NCBI RefSeq assembly: GCF_000143415.4
Contig: NW_003314322.1
Coordinates: 745,430 to 809,429 of the forward strand
Direction of reading: 5' to 3'
Source of the DNA: Selaginella moellendorffii
Taxonomy: Eukaryota; Plantae; Lycopodiophyta
Length of the DNA stretch: 64,000 nucleotides
Numbering within the stretch: position 1 is the stretch's first letter; each line of letters starts with the position of its first letter. Both the position numbers and the translations under genes were made by a program. The notes under the pieces were generated by a model. The model was given only the letters and a program-made list of their open reading frames with translations, had not been told where the DNA came from and searched no databases. Below are positions 12,568 to 22,751 of this stretch, piece after piece.

Positions 12568-15032
12568 CTAGTGTTGCTCCGGTCTATATCGCTTGAGTGC
12601 CCTGCCAGTTTTCGCACACCTATGAAAGGCAGGCGGGCGAGGGGCGAACATCACCCGCGTTTCCTCATCCATATCCCACTTGAACGCCGGACAAGCGCGA
12701 GTGAAGACGCTAGGCAGGGTCGAGAGACAGCCCTTCGTCTCAGGCGACGTCACCAGGTTGTAGTCGTGGCACAGGTCACAGAGAATCCCCAGTCCCTGGC
12801 TCCTGCTCCACGCCTTGCACACGTACATGCGCGGCCAGTCCATCCACGCGAAGTGCCACTCGTCTTTGAGGTCCGTGATCACCATCCACGGCTTGAGGGT
12901 GCGGCATCTGATGTTCACTCCCAGCAACATCACGAGAGCTCTCCAGATGTCCACCTCGGTAATCTCTTCCTTGATATAGTAGCCCGTGATGATGTCCTCG
13001 GCCACACTCATGTGCATGAGCATCGCGTCCAGTTTGAAGCAGAGGGTGTAGGGGAACTCGTCCGGGGTTGTGGTCGATATCTCCTCCATGAATGTGCCCT
13101 CATCGTTAGCTACATGCTCCAGCCTGTAAAGACGGGGAACTTTGGCACCCTCCACCAGGTACTCCATCGTGTCCCCTTGCCTCCTGCTATTCCACCCTGC
13201 GAAGGCTTGGCTCTCAATTTCCTCCCGCGGTTCTAGCCACCCTTCCCCTCTAATGAGCTCGATCTTCGCCGCGGCGAGGACCAGCTGACAGCTTTCAAGA
13301 GCCATGAGACGGACCTCACACACCTGGCGATGAATACTATCACGTATTCCAACAAAATCATTTGGGTGGAATGTTAGCTCGTCTCCTGGAAAGATGGCAT
13401 CGTCACGTTCCAGAGGAAAGCCGTCCCTCACCAAGACGCCTCCGTTCCCCACCTTCGTCCAAAGCCTGTCTATAATCTTAAGAGCCTGCTCCCCTGCGTC
13501 TGGAATGTCAAAGAGCTCCAGAAGTGACCCGTCTACGCTCCTCACCTGGCACTTGCCCATCGGATGCAGCAGCACCGGATATGACTTCATAGTCTTGAGT
13601 AGAAAGACGCTAAAGTGCAGGCAAGAAGCGCAGAGGATCAGTCGGGTGAGCGGCCAACACATAAACCACGTACCGGATTCCCCCCTGAGGCAATCAGAGC
13701 ACCTCGACCTTTGATTCTCGTGTGCACCAAGCTCAGGCTCTACACGTTATGTAGACTAGTAGTGTTTTCCGTTCGGAGAAACAAGTGCACTTACCTCAGT
13801 AGCCAAACGAGGTTCGGCACACACTACGGTCCACTTCAAAGACTTCATGTTCAATAGCATGGTTTCTTTCGTAGCGCCTGTTATAGATATATGAGGTATA
13901 AACGGAGCAGCAAGAAGCAAAACTTACCACCAACAACATAGCACTGGTTTTCAGTGACTGCAGTTGCAAAACGTGCGGCAGGCACGAGGGTAGGACCTTG
14001 ATCTGGATACCTGAACCATTCTCTCTGCAAACAATTTGGCCACACCATCTTACTTCGTGCATACCTTTACGAGATCCAGTGCGTATAGGTTCTTGCAGAA
14101 GCCAGACGAGCCAGCTCCGAAAACGTACAGATGGTTGCCCTCATGCACCGCAGCATGGAAAGAAAGCGCCGGTGGGATGACGCCACTGCCATGAGGCCGC
14201 GAGTAAAACAGGAATTATGGATTGATATATTACCTTGCTTTAATCAGCTCCCACTGATTGCTTCCCAGATCGAGTGCATGTAGCTGACGGCGCAGCTGAC
14301 CACGAAAATCCACACCGCCATACACCCATATTTTGTTCCCGACCAGGGTGGCGGACTGACCACGAGTTGCATCCTATGGACACAAAGTCACGCGAAGTTT
14401 TAACGACAATCTAGAATGCTTGCTTACTGGAATGTCTCCCGTCGTTTCTATACGTGACCACTGATTCGTGTCAAATTGGTACACTGCATACAGGGATGCA
14501 TAGAAAGGAGGAAAACAAAAGCCACACAGTACCCCGCATCTTTTCATCAGATGGAATGCCAACGACGAGTAAGAGCGTTCTTCCTCTTGCTAACTGCAAA
14601 GCTCGTCGGCCGTGTTTAAGCAAAGCCCCGCCATAAACAACTTGAATAGCCTCAACTCACCACGCAATGGCCGGCGCACGACACGGGACAAGGCTGGGCT
14701 GTCGACCACCTCAAGCTTCCCAAATCCAAAACCTCCACGAGAGTGTTACTAAGAACTTGAGAAAAGATCCACGCTATACTCACAAGCACATCGTTCAAGT
14801 ATCGGTCCCTGCAGCATCCTCCCACCACATACATCTTCTCCTCGATGGCAGCCGCTCCATGCTGCAAGGCATTCAGGTAAGGAAACCAAGAAATATAGCA
14901 TATACCTGGGATGTTGCACGGACATGTCGGCTAACATCTATCAACTGCCATTGAGGCGGCGCACCCTGATACAACCGCTTAAACAAGTACCACAGCAGCC
15001 AGGCCCATGATCACAAAAGGAACTGCAGCCAT
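12568..15032 (-). CDS. Chimeric protein: ACBP4/5-type kelch repeats fused to an intronless ~340-aa Crinkler-like (Ubl + REase-fold-like) C-terminal region; 5' end has an apparent frameshift
   Basis: Kelch exons QWQLIDVSRHVRATSQ|HGAAAIEEKMYVVGG..|..IWVYGGVDF..|..LYVFGAGSSGFCKNLYALDL..|..CYVVG|GATKETMLLNMKSLKW..ATE|SLSLVHTRIKGRGALIASGGIR|VFLLKTMKSY splice in frame into ORF 12568-13662. The Crinkler call is motif-based inference. Confidence 0.7.
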
Positions 15033-15152
15033 TAAAAAAAAACCCTAGAATTATGAGCTAACGTTCTGAGACTTAGCTTAATGCGTAAGTTCACCAAAAA
15101 ACTCACAGAAAAACTCTTTGATACTCCGAACTTAACCACAATCTAGCATTAA

Positions 15153-15225
15153 CGATCTCACTGGGGCTCGAACCCAGAATCTCTGGTTCCGTAGACCAGC
15201 GCCTTGTCCATTGGGCCATGAGATC
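15153..15225 (-). tRNA. trnR-ACG: tRNA-Arg(ACG), second copy
   Basis: Cloverleaf intact; differs from the 10203 copy at three loop positions only (D loop, position 37, T loop). Confidence 0.95.
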
Positions 15226-15729
15226 ATTACATATGAAACATGTTTGTTCTTGAGAACCTTTTACAAGTTGGAATTATCTCCGGGAGTAAGAAAACTTTAT
15301 ATTCCTTTCAACATTTGTTTCCAAGAAAACAAATACAAACTATATAGGATAAAACAAAGAATCACAAAACCACCAAAGAAGTCTGTTACTAGTGTTGTGG
15401 CCTTCTAGGCAAGCATCTTCTTTTTCCTCGTCAACTCTCTTAGAGGAGTTTGAAGCCCCACCCATCTCATGTTTCTCCAGCTTCACATCGTCTTTCTCTG
15501 TTTCCCCGCCAATCTCTTCCAAATAGTCGGCTCGGTTTTGCTGTATCCAAAGGCGCCGCCTCTCCATAATTTGCTCCGGTGTTGGCAAAACCTTCCAATT
15601 CTCTTGCTCCATACCCACAATATGACTCGCAGCTGTGGCAAGTTTATATAGCCATGGGAAAAGGTGTGGATTTAAGGAGCCTTTTCCAGTAATTAATCAA
15701 AACCCAAAACCCAAAACTCTTTTACCTCG

Positions 15730-17349
15730 TCACAAAAAACTCTTTGATCCAACGCAAGTTTCCACTGCAGTGAGTACTGCCGTGAGAAGCGAGGGATTTG
15801 TAGCAATAATTCCCGTGTCCAGATCTAGATATCTTCCCTTGGAAAAATCCAGAGCCCGTCCAGCAGCGTCCACAACCACACCACCAGCCTCTGACCATCA
15901 AAACCAAACTCATCAGAACCAAAAGATTTGCAAGTCTCTTGCTGCTGCTACCTTCCACGACGATTGAACCGGCTGCATGATCCCAGATCTTCTCCCGGTA
16001 TCCCTTGTGAGGGAAACGAAGGTAAATCGCTGCGTCTCCTCTCGCCATGGCCCCGTACTTCGCTTGGCTGTCCATTCGGATCGGTGACGCTGTCACTCCC
16101 AGCATCTGCAAAGACGTTCTCTAAGAAGAAAACCATCGCGGAAAATATCACCTTAGCAATGCCAGACGTCAAGTCATGCTTTGAATGAGCCGATTCATAC
16201 GATTCACAGAACGCTGCCAAGGCCGGATCGCTGAGGTCGCTGACACGAACCTACGGAAAAACTTGTTTTTCGAGAGCTTGAAATTTTCAAAGTACCTTTC
16301 GAGGCTGCAATGAACCATCGATCGGGTGAAGTGTGGTTCCAGCTCCTCTCACAGCGGTGAACAAGCAGCCGACTGGTGAGCTTCCATCGTCGGACAACCC
16401 GCTCAGCGGCAAGTTCGGACAGCCGAGAACACCAAGAACAACGGATCCTTGGTCCAGCAATGCCAATGCGATTGCGTACTGCTCTCCGCGAAGGAATCTG
16501 GAAATGTATAAAAGCTTCGAGCCAGACGAAGTTGGAAACGTGTCGCTACTTACCCCTTGGTTCCGTCAATAGGATCCAAAACCCAGTGTCGTCCTTGAGC
16601 ACCACCTTCGGCCTTGCCTCGATCGATTGCACAAAGAACGTCCTCCGAAGAAAGCAGCGCATCCTTGGAAGGAATAGAATTGACGAGTTCTGTGATTCTT
16701 TGCAGCATGGCCTTTCCATCTTCTTTTCTCAAGTCTTCGGAATCCTATGGACGTGTTAGTAAAACAAGAGTTTCACCAGCTACAAACCTCTTCTGCTATC
16801 ATGGAGAACGTTCCGGCGGGGAGTTGCCGCTCTAGAGCCCAGCTGACCACTGCCTGTGAGCCTGCAAATCAAAACTCCATGAGAAGTTCTACGCGGTGCC
16901 ATGTTTTGTACCATAATCTGCTATAGTAACCGGAGAGTTGTCAGTTTTCGATTGCGTTTCGTTTTCCAATAGTTTTCTCTGCACGGACTGCCAAACACCA
17001 GGAAAAAAAAAACGATCGATCAGTTCGCGGTTCATCCAGAAAGAATTCGATCACGTAGAAAAAAAAACGAGAAATCTCTCCAAAAGGAACAATGCCGATG
17101 CGCGAAACGAAGAGAGACTCTAAAAAAGCTCATTTTTCTGGATCATACCTTAGTGAGGCCGCAAGCGAGCGTCACGGCCTCCATGGCGATCTTGAGCTCA
17201 AAATCATAGCCGCCAGTGCCAGTGGACGCCATTCGCGCGATCGCCGCGCCGCTCGCCCTCGCCCTTGCCCTAGACAAAGCCGAGCCGACGAAACCCTTGT
17301 ATGGCAAACGCTTCGCCACCAGTATCGAAATCCCGCCATAGCCAGTCAT
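15730..17349 (-). CDS. SAL1: 3'(2'),5'-bisphosphate nucleotidase / inositol polyphosphate 1-phosphatase (SAL1/FRY1 family)
   Basis: SKTDNSPVTIADYG, WVLDPIDGTKG|FLRGEQYAIAL, DSQAKYG, EKIWDHAAG motifs. Transit-peptide-like N-terminus before a second Met (MASTG). Confidence 0.93.
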
Positions 17350-17446
17350 GACTGAGTATATTCTCACTGCCCGTTTGTAACTCCACGTGGCTTTGCCCTA
17401 TTCGTACTCCGTTTCCCCTAAGAATTTTCTTGTGAAGGAGAGAGCG

Positions 17447-18817
17447 ATGAAAGCGTCGGTGAAGCTGCGACAGGGCGATCAGCCGCTGCTGCGAGCAAAG
17501 CTCCCGCTGAGCTTGCTCGGGGTGCCGATCGCGTCAGGGATCGCGCTGGGGAGCTCGCGCGAGCTCGCGTTCCATCTTGGAACCCTATTCCAGACAGGGC
17601 CTTCTTGCAGGATCACGTACAGGCCTAACAGTGGAGAATGCCCGCTGTCGCTGCTGATCAAGAGTGGATTCGGGGTGTGGGGATCGCCGACGGACGCGCC
17701 GCTCGTCATGGCCGCGGAATTCAAGCTCTCTAGCAAAGGTACGCCGTCTTTGGCCGTCCAGGTGAAGCCCCGGCTGGGAAATTTCAGTCTCAGGAAGAGC
17801 GCTGTCTCGCCAAGCCCGATCGCGCAGCAAGAATCGATCAAGGACAGTGCCAGCGGCCAGGAAGAGCCGCAGGAAGGATCTTTTCTTGGATCGAGTAAGG
17901 CTAGTGTGGGTCTTGGTCCTGGGTCGGGGATCGAAGTGATGCCAAGGACTCCTGAGAAGATTTCGCCCGACTTGGCCACCTTGAGCACTTTCAAAGCTAG
18001 CAGCCCGCCTTCTTCCGAGGGAAGCAGCATTGTCATGGTGGAAGACGTCGAAGACGATCATCGGCACGATCATCTCAAGGCTGCTGCTCCAAACATCGAG
18101 CAGGGCTTTGAAGATCATCCTGTCGACCTCCGTGTCAAGACTGGACATCTAGCGCAGGCTCCCGGGAATGGTAACTGGAGCTTGGTCGCTCACACTGCGC
18201 TTCCCCTGGGTCGTCATGCGGTGGCTAGCGTACGCTGGCGAGTCAAGCTCGATTCTGATATCCTCGAGAGCTTCAAAAACGAGACGGACATCTTCTCGTT
18301 TAAAAAGCTCCCGGTTCTCGTTGTGGACAAGCTGAGCGTCAAGTCTCCAGAAGATCTAAACAGGCTGCGGACAGTCACGACGAGCACAGTGCCGGTGCTT
18401 GACAGTGACGAGGCCATGGCACTTTCCGGCTTGATCAGAGAGCCCGAGCCTCCAGAGCTGGGAAAGGTGGCGAAGCTCTGCTCGTCAATGAAGCGTGAGC
18501 TTCATTTGCTTCACGCCGAGAACGAGGTTCTCAAGAAGACCATGGAGGACATGAAAGCCGAGCTTGGGAGCAGTAAAAGAAGCGGCAAACGATCTCCATC
18601 GTACATGGTCATGGACAAGGAAATGCAGCGACAGTTTTCTAGCAATGGGAATCACCACCGCGGTCGTGACCACAAGCAAGAGCAGCATCAGGAGCAAAGG
18701 CCAGCGTCGCCAAAATCCAACAAGTCGGGAAGGAGAGATCAGGAACTCGAGCTGCTAACAAAACATCTGGGATTCGAGCTAAGGAGCTCTAAAGAAGACG
18801 GAGTTGTCGTGAAGTGA
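17447..18817 (+). CDS. OEP40-like plant protein (chloroplast outer envelope family), single exon
   Basis: MKASVKLRQGDQPLLRAKLPLSLLGVP..GPSCRITYRPN..LMAAEF-type block..KPRLGNFSLRKS, KKLPVLVVDK and a C-terminal coiled coil match my recollection of the AT3G57990/OEP40 family. Confidence 0.75.
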   Translation: MKASVKLRQGDQPLLRAKLPLSLLGVPIASGIALGSSRELAFHLGTLFQTGPSCRITYRPNSGECPLSLLIKSGFGVWGSPTDAPLVMAAEFKLSSKGTPSLAVQVKPRLGNFSLRKSAVSPSPIAQQESIKDSASGQEEPQEGSFLGSSKASVGLGPGSGIEVMPRTPEKISPDLATLSTFKASSPPSSEGSSIVMVEDVEDDHRHDHLKAAAPNIEQGFEDHPVDLRVKTGHLAQAPGNGNWSLVAHTALPLGRHAVASVRWRVKLDSDILESFKNETDIFSFKKLPVLVVDKLSVKSPEDLNRLRTVTTSTVPVLDSDEAMALSGLIREPEPPELGKVAKLCSSMKRELHLLHAENEVLKKTMEDMKAELGSSKRSGKRSPSYMVMDKEMQRQFSSNGNHHRGRDHKQEQHQEQRPASPKSNKSGRRDQELELLTKHLGFELRSSKEDGVVVK

Positions 18818-19134
18818 TATGGACGGAAAGACAGAAGTGGTCCCGCTGGATGGAAAAGAAAAGCGTGAGCTGCTTTGGTATGGGTGGGGGAATCGCGGGA
18901 TATGATACAGTCAAGCCTGATATTTTAGATTCCAGGTTTTGGAAACAGTGCTTTGGGAGATGAAAAGCCGGACAAGCAGCTACCCGCCACTTGGGTCTTT
19001 CGACTATTGCCGCGTGTCTTCGGGATGCAACTCGTGTCTTCACTGGAGACGCCCGGAAGACACTAGAACCTATTTTATGAGGAGGAAAGTGTAGAAGGGA
19101 GATAGACGAGGAGGGTGTGACGTGACGAGCAGAG

Positions 19135-21019
19135 ATGGAAGCGATCGCTGTGAAAAGTTTAATGCCAGGAGCTCACAAGCTCGCTGGAATCAGGTGCTGT
19201 TCTTCACAGCAGCAGCACCTGCCTCAGAGCAGATTGATTTGCCAGAGTCCGGGAGCGATGTCGTTGAATTCAAGCAACAGGTTGTGCATGGATCGACGAA
19301 GTCGGGTGAGGAGCAAAGCCACGGAGTCCACATCCGAGGTGCCAACCAGCGAGAGGTCAGAGGAGACGAAGGAACTCGTGGCGGAGTCGCTGAAGAAAGT
19401 TGCCGAGGCGGAGATCCAGCAAACAAAGGAGTACCTGGAGAACGTTGCCGATAATGGTACTGCTGATCCAGCCACTCTGCCTCGGGAAGAAGTTCTGGAA
19501 ACGAAGCAAGGTGATCCGGCTGTCGTCGAGCGAGAACCACAACCGGAGTTTGAACCACAGAAAGTTTCAAAGTCGCGAGGTGGCAACATCAAGTGCGATC
19601 CTCTCAACGTTGTTCTTTTCCAGGTACGTAGTCGTGATGCTTCGGTCGAAAACGAGTTATGATCTTTTGTGTTGCGTTCCAGGGATTTAATTGGGAGTCA
19701 TGGAGGAACCCTTGCTGGTATGATGTGCTCATGAACACTGCAGAGGACTTGGCACAAGCTGGAGTCACGGACATTTGGCTGCCTCCAGCAACCCATTCTG
19801 TGGCACCACAAGGTAAGAACTTGTGTCTCTCGTTTTCGTGGATGTGGATGATTTTTGTTTTGTTTCTTCAGGTTACATGCCTGGAAGGCTCTACGACCTG
19901 AATGCGTCAAAGTACGGGAACGAAGAGAAACTAAAGCAAGTCATCGACAAGTTCCACTCTCATGGCATCAGATGCATTGCAGACATTGTGATCAACCATA
20001 GGTGCGGGGACTCTCAAGACCAGCGGGGGGTGTGGTGCATTTTCGAGGGTGGAACTCCGGACGAGCGTCTCGACTGGGGACCCTGGGCCATCACAAAGGA
20101 CGACTATGCATACAGCGACGGCTCTGGGGCTCCAGACACGGGTGAAGACTTTGGTGCCGCTCCAGACATCGACCACACCAATCCCAGAGTCCAGGACGAC
20201 CTCGCAGGCTGGATGAAGTGGATGAAGGAAACGATTGGCTTCGATGGTTGGCGGTTTGATTTCTCCAAAGGCTACGCCGGAAGTTACGCAGGTCTCTACA
20301 TCGAGAGAACCACACCGGAGTTCTCGGTTGGGGAACTCTGGACGAACCTCAACTATGGTCCGGATGGTAGCGTCGAGTATAACCAGGACAGTCACAGGCA
20401 GGAGGTAGTCGATTGGATCAATGCCACCGGTAATCGCTCCACAGCTTTCGACTTCACGACCAAAGGAATCCTCCAGGAGGCCGTCAAGAACCAGTTTTGG
20501 AGGCTGAGAGATCCCAACAACAAGCCGGCTGGAGTGATCGGCTACTGGCCCCAGAAAGCGGTGACGTTCATCGACAACCACGACACCGGATCCACGCAGA
20601 AGCACTGGCCGTTCCCAGCGGACAAAGTTATGCTTGGATATGTCTACATTCTCACGCATCCCGGCATTCCATGCATCGTAAGTTCTTCCAAAGTCCAGGG
20701 AACTCTTCTTCTTCGTTTGATGATTTCTTCTAACACTGTCCTTTTACATGTATAGTTCTATGATCACTACTACGAATGGGGGCTCAAGGACGAGATAAAA
20801 GCTCTTCTCGAGGTCCGGAAGCGCAACAACGTAGTGGCTAATTCCAGCGTCAGCATCATCGCGGCTGAGGAGGACGTCTACGTGGCGTCCGTGGCGGACG
20901 GCAAGCTGGTGGTGAAGATGGGGCCCAGGTTTGACATTGGTGACATGGCACCCAGCTCGGACGAGTTCGCCATCGCGGCTCTTGGCAACGAGTACTGCGT
21001 GTGGGAGCGAAAGAATTAG
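19135..21019 (+). CDS. AMY: Alpha-amylase (GH13) with a ~155-aa N-terminal extension, 4 exons
   Basis: VLFQ|[48 protein letters not shown] catalytic motifs. Confidence 0.95.
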
Positions 21020-21587
21020 GTGGCGGTACACGTGGTGGTAGTTGAGTCGTCCACGTTCACGCCAAGCTTGTGTGTCCAGTCACGGGAGAGACAAAAGTGG
21101 GTCAATCGAAGCCGTCCCTTTCGGGGTAATTGTGACCGTCCAATTGGAATCTCAAGTGAGGCCGTCGGATGCCGGTGGTGCCGACGGCCCCGATCGCCCC
21201 ATTGCCGGTCTTCTTCAACCGATGCATTGTTTTGTTCCAAGCGCGCTTGGTTGTGGCGGGAGGAGCGCGCATGGAAATGGAGCGGTCGGCGCGACTGGAT
21301 CGTGTCGCGGCACCATAAATATCACTCGCGAGCGCCATCGCCTTCGAACTCTTTGCTTTTTCAATCGCTTTCGACCGCGGCACAGAAGCTTTTATTCAAG
21401 CTCTGGCGCTGCTGCTGCTGCTGCGAGGTACGGTTGGATTGATTGTTCATTTGATTGCTAGCTAGGGATTGGATACTTTCTTTGTTCGTGTTCTTGAGGT
21501 AGTTCTTTGTTGTTTTTTTTTTCTCTCCATTTTTGATTTAGAATCTTTGTGTTGTTTGGTAAGCAGCGTGGGATTGTTGCGAGAGCT

Positions 21588-22751
21588 ATGGCTCATTTGA
21601 GAGAGTATGACGATATCCAGTACTGGGATAAGAGGTATCTGGATGAAGGAGATGATACTTTTGATTGGTATCAGCGATTCAAAGAGCTCAAGCCTCTTTT
21701 GTGTCGTTATATCAAGAAAGATTCACGCATTTTGATGGCTGGCTGTGGAAACGCTGGTGAGTTTTTCCTGTGTTTCCTTCTTCTCTTGTGTGACAATCTC
21801 ACCGGATATTTGGAACTTATCGTGCAGTTCTCTCCGAGGAAATGGTTTTGAATGGATTCAAGGAGATCGTAAACATCGATTTCTCGTCGGTCGTGATCAA
21901 GAAAATGCAGCAAAGGCACGGCCACATTCCTCAACTAACTTGTATCTTCTATCCTTGGTATAGCCATTTAAACGGCTCGCTATGACGCGCTTGGTGGCTG
22001 GTTCTAATCGCAGTTTTCTCTCTTTCTTTTCTTTCAGATGTGACCATGGATGTGCGTAACATGGCTGTGTTTGGGGACAACTCTTTCGATGCCGTGATCG
22101 ACAAAGGTAACGAACCATTTCGTATTCTACTTTCTTTTCTGACCGAAGTAAACAACGCTCTTATACATTGTCAGGGCTGATGGATTCCATGCTGGTGAGT
22201 ATGGCTGTTTTTGAGCTCTCGTGAGTTGTCGAGTTTCTGACCTTGATCTGTGCATGCCAGTGTGGATCGAATGGATTTATAGACGTCAGGTTCATGCTGG
22301 AGGAGACTCGAAGGTTAGTTTTCTTTCCTTACTCCAGTTCTTTGTGCCCGTAACAAGCTTTTTAGCTCAGGGTATTAAAACCAGGAGGAGTCTTCATACT
22401 GGTATGCTCAATCGTAAACTTCCGCTGCAAAAGAATTGATCGGTAGCTCCGTGTTTAAACAGATAACTTACGGTGAGCCACTCCTCAGGATGCACCATCT
22501 CAAGCACCCGGCATTCGACTGGAAAGTTGTGCTTCACCTCACTCGTAAGATCGTCTTCTCTTCATTTTTCTTGTCCAGATTTCTAGTTTCCTTTGTTCCG
22601 TCTTACAGCCAAACCGGGTACCACAGCGTACATCCCGGAAGCATACGCAGGTGCGATACCAATGAATGGCAACTGGGAGTGTGATTTCTTGCTCGGGATC
22701 TCTGACCCCGACATTAATTTTGTTTACGTTTGTACCAAGCCTTCGTCCTGA
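21588..22751 (+). CDS. SAM-dependent methyltransferase (EEF1AKMT4/METTL13-like), multi-exon
   Basis: YWDKRY..FDWYQ..ILMAGCGNA, FDAVIDKG, VLKPGG..ITYGEP motifs. Confidence 0.9.

Noticed and set aside
12571-13236. Long antisense ORFs (also 17479-18148, 19931-20659, 33862-34701, 58433-59518)
   Set aside because: Shadows of GC-rich coding sequence on the opposite strand.
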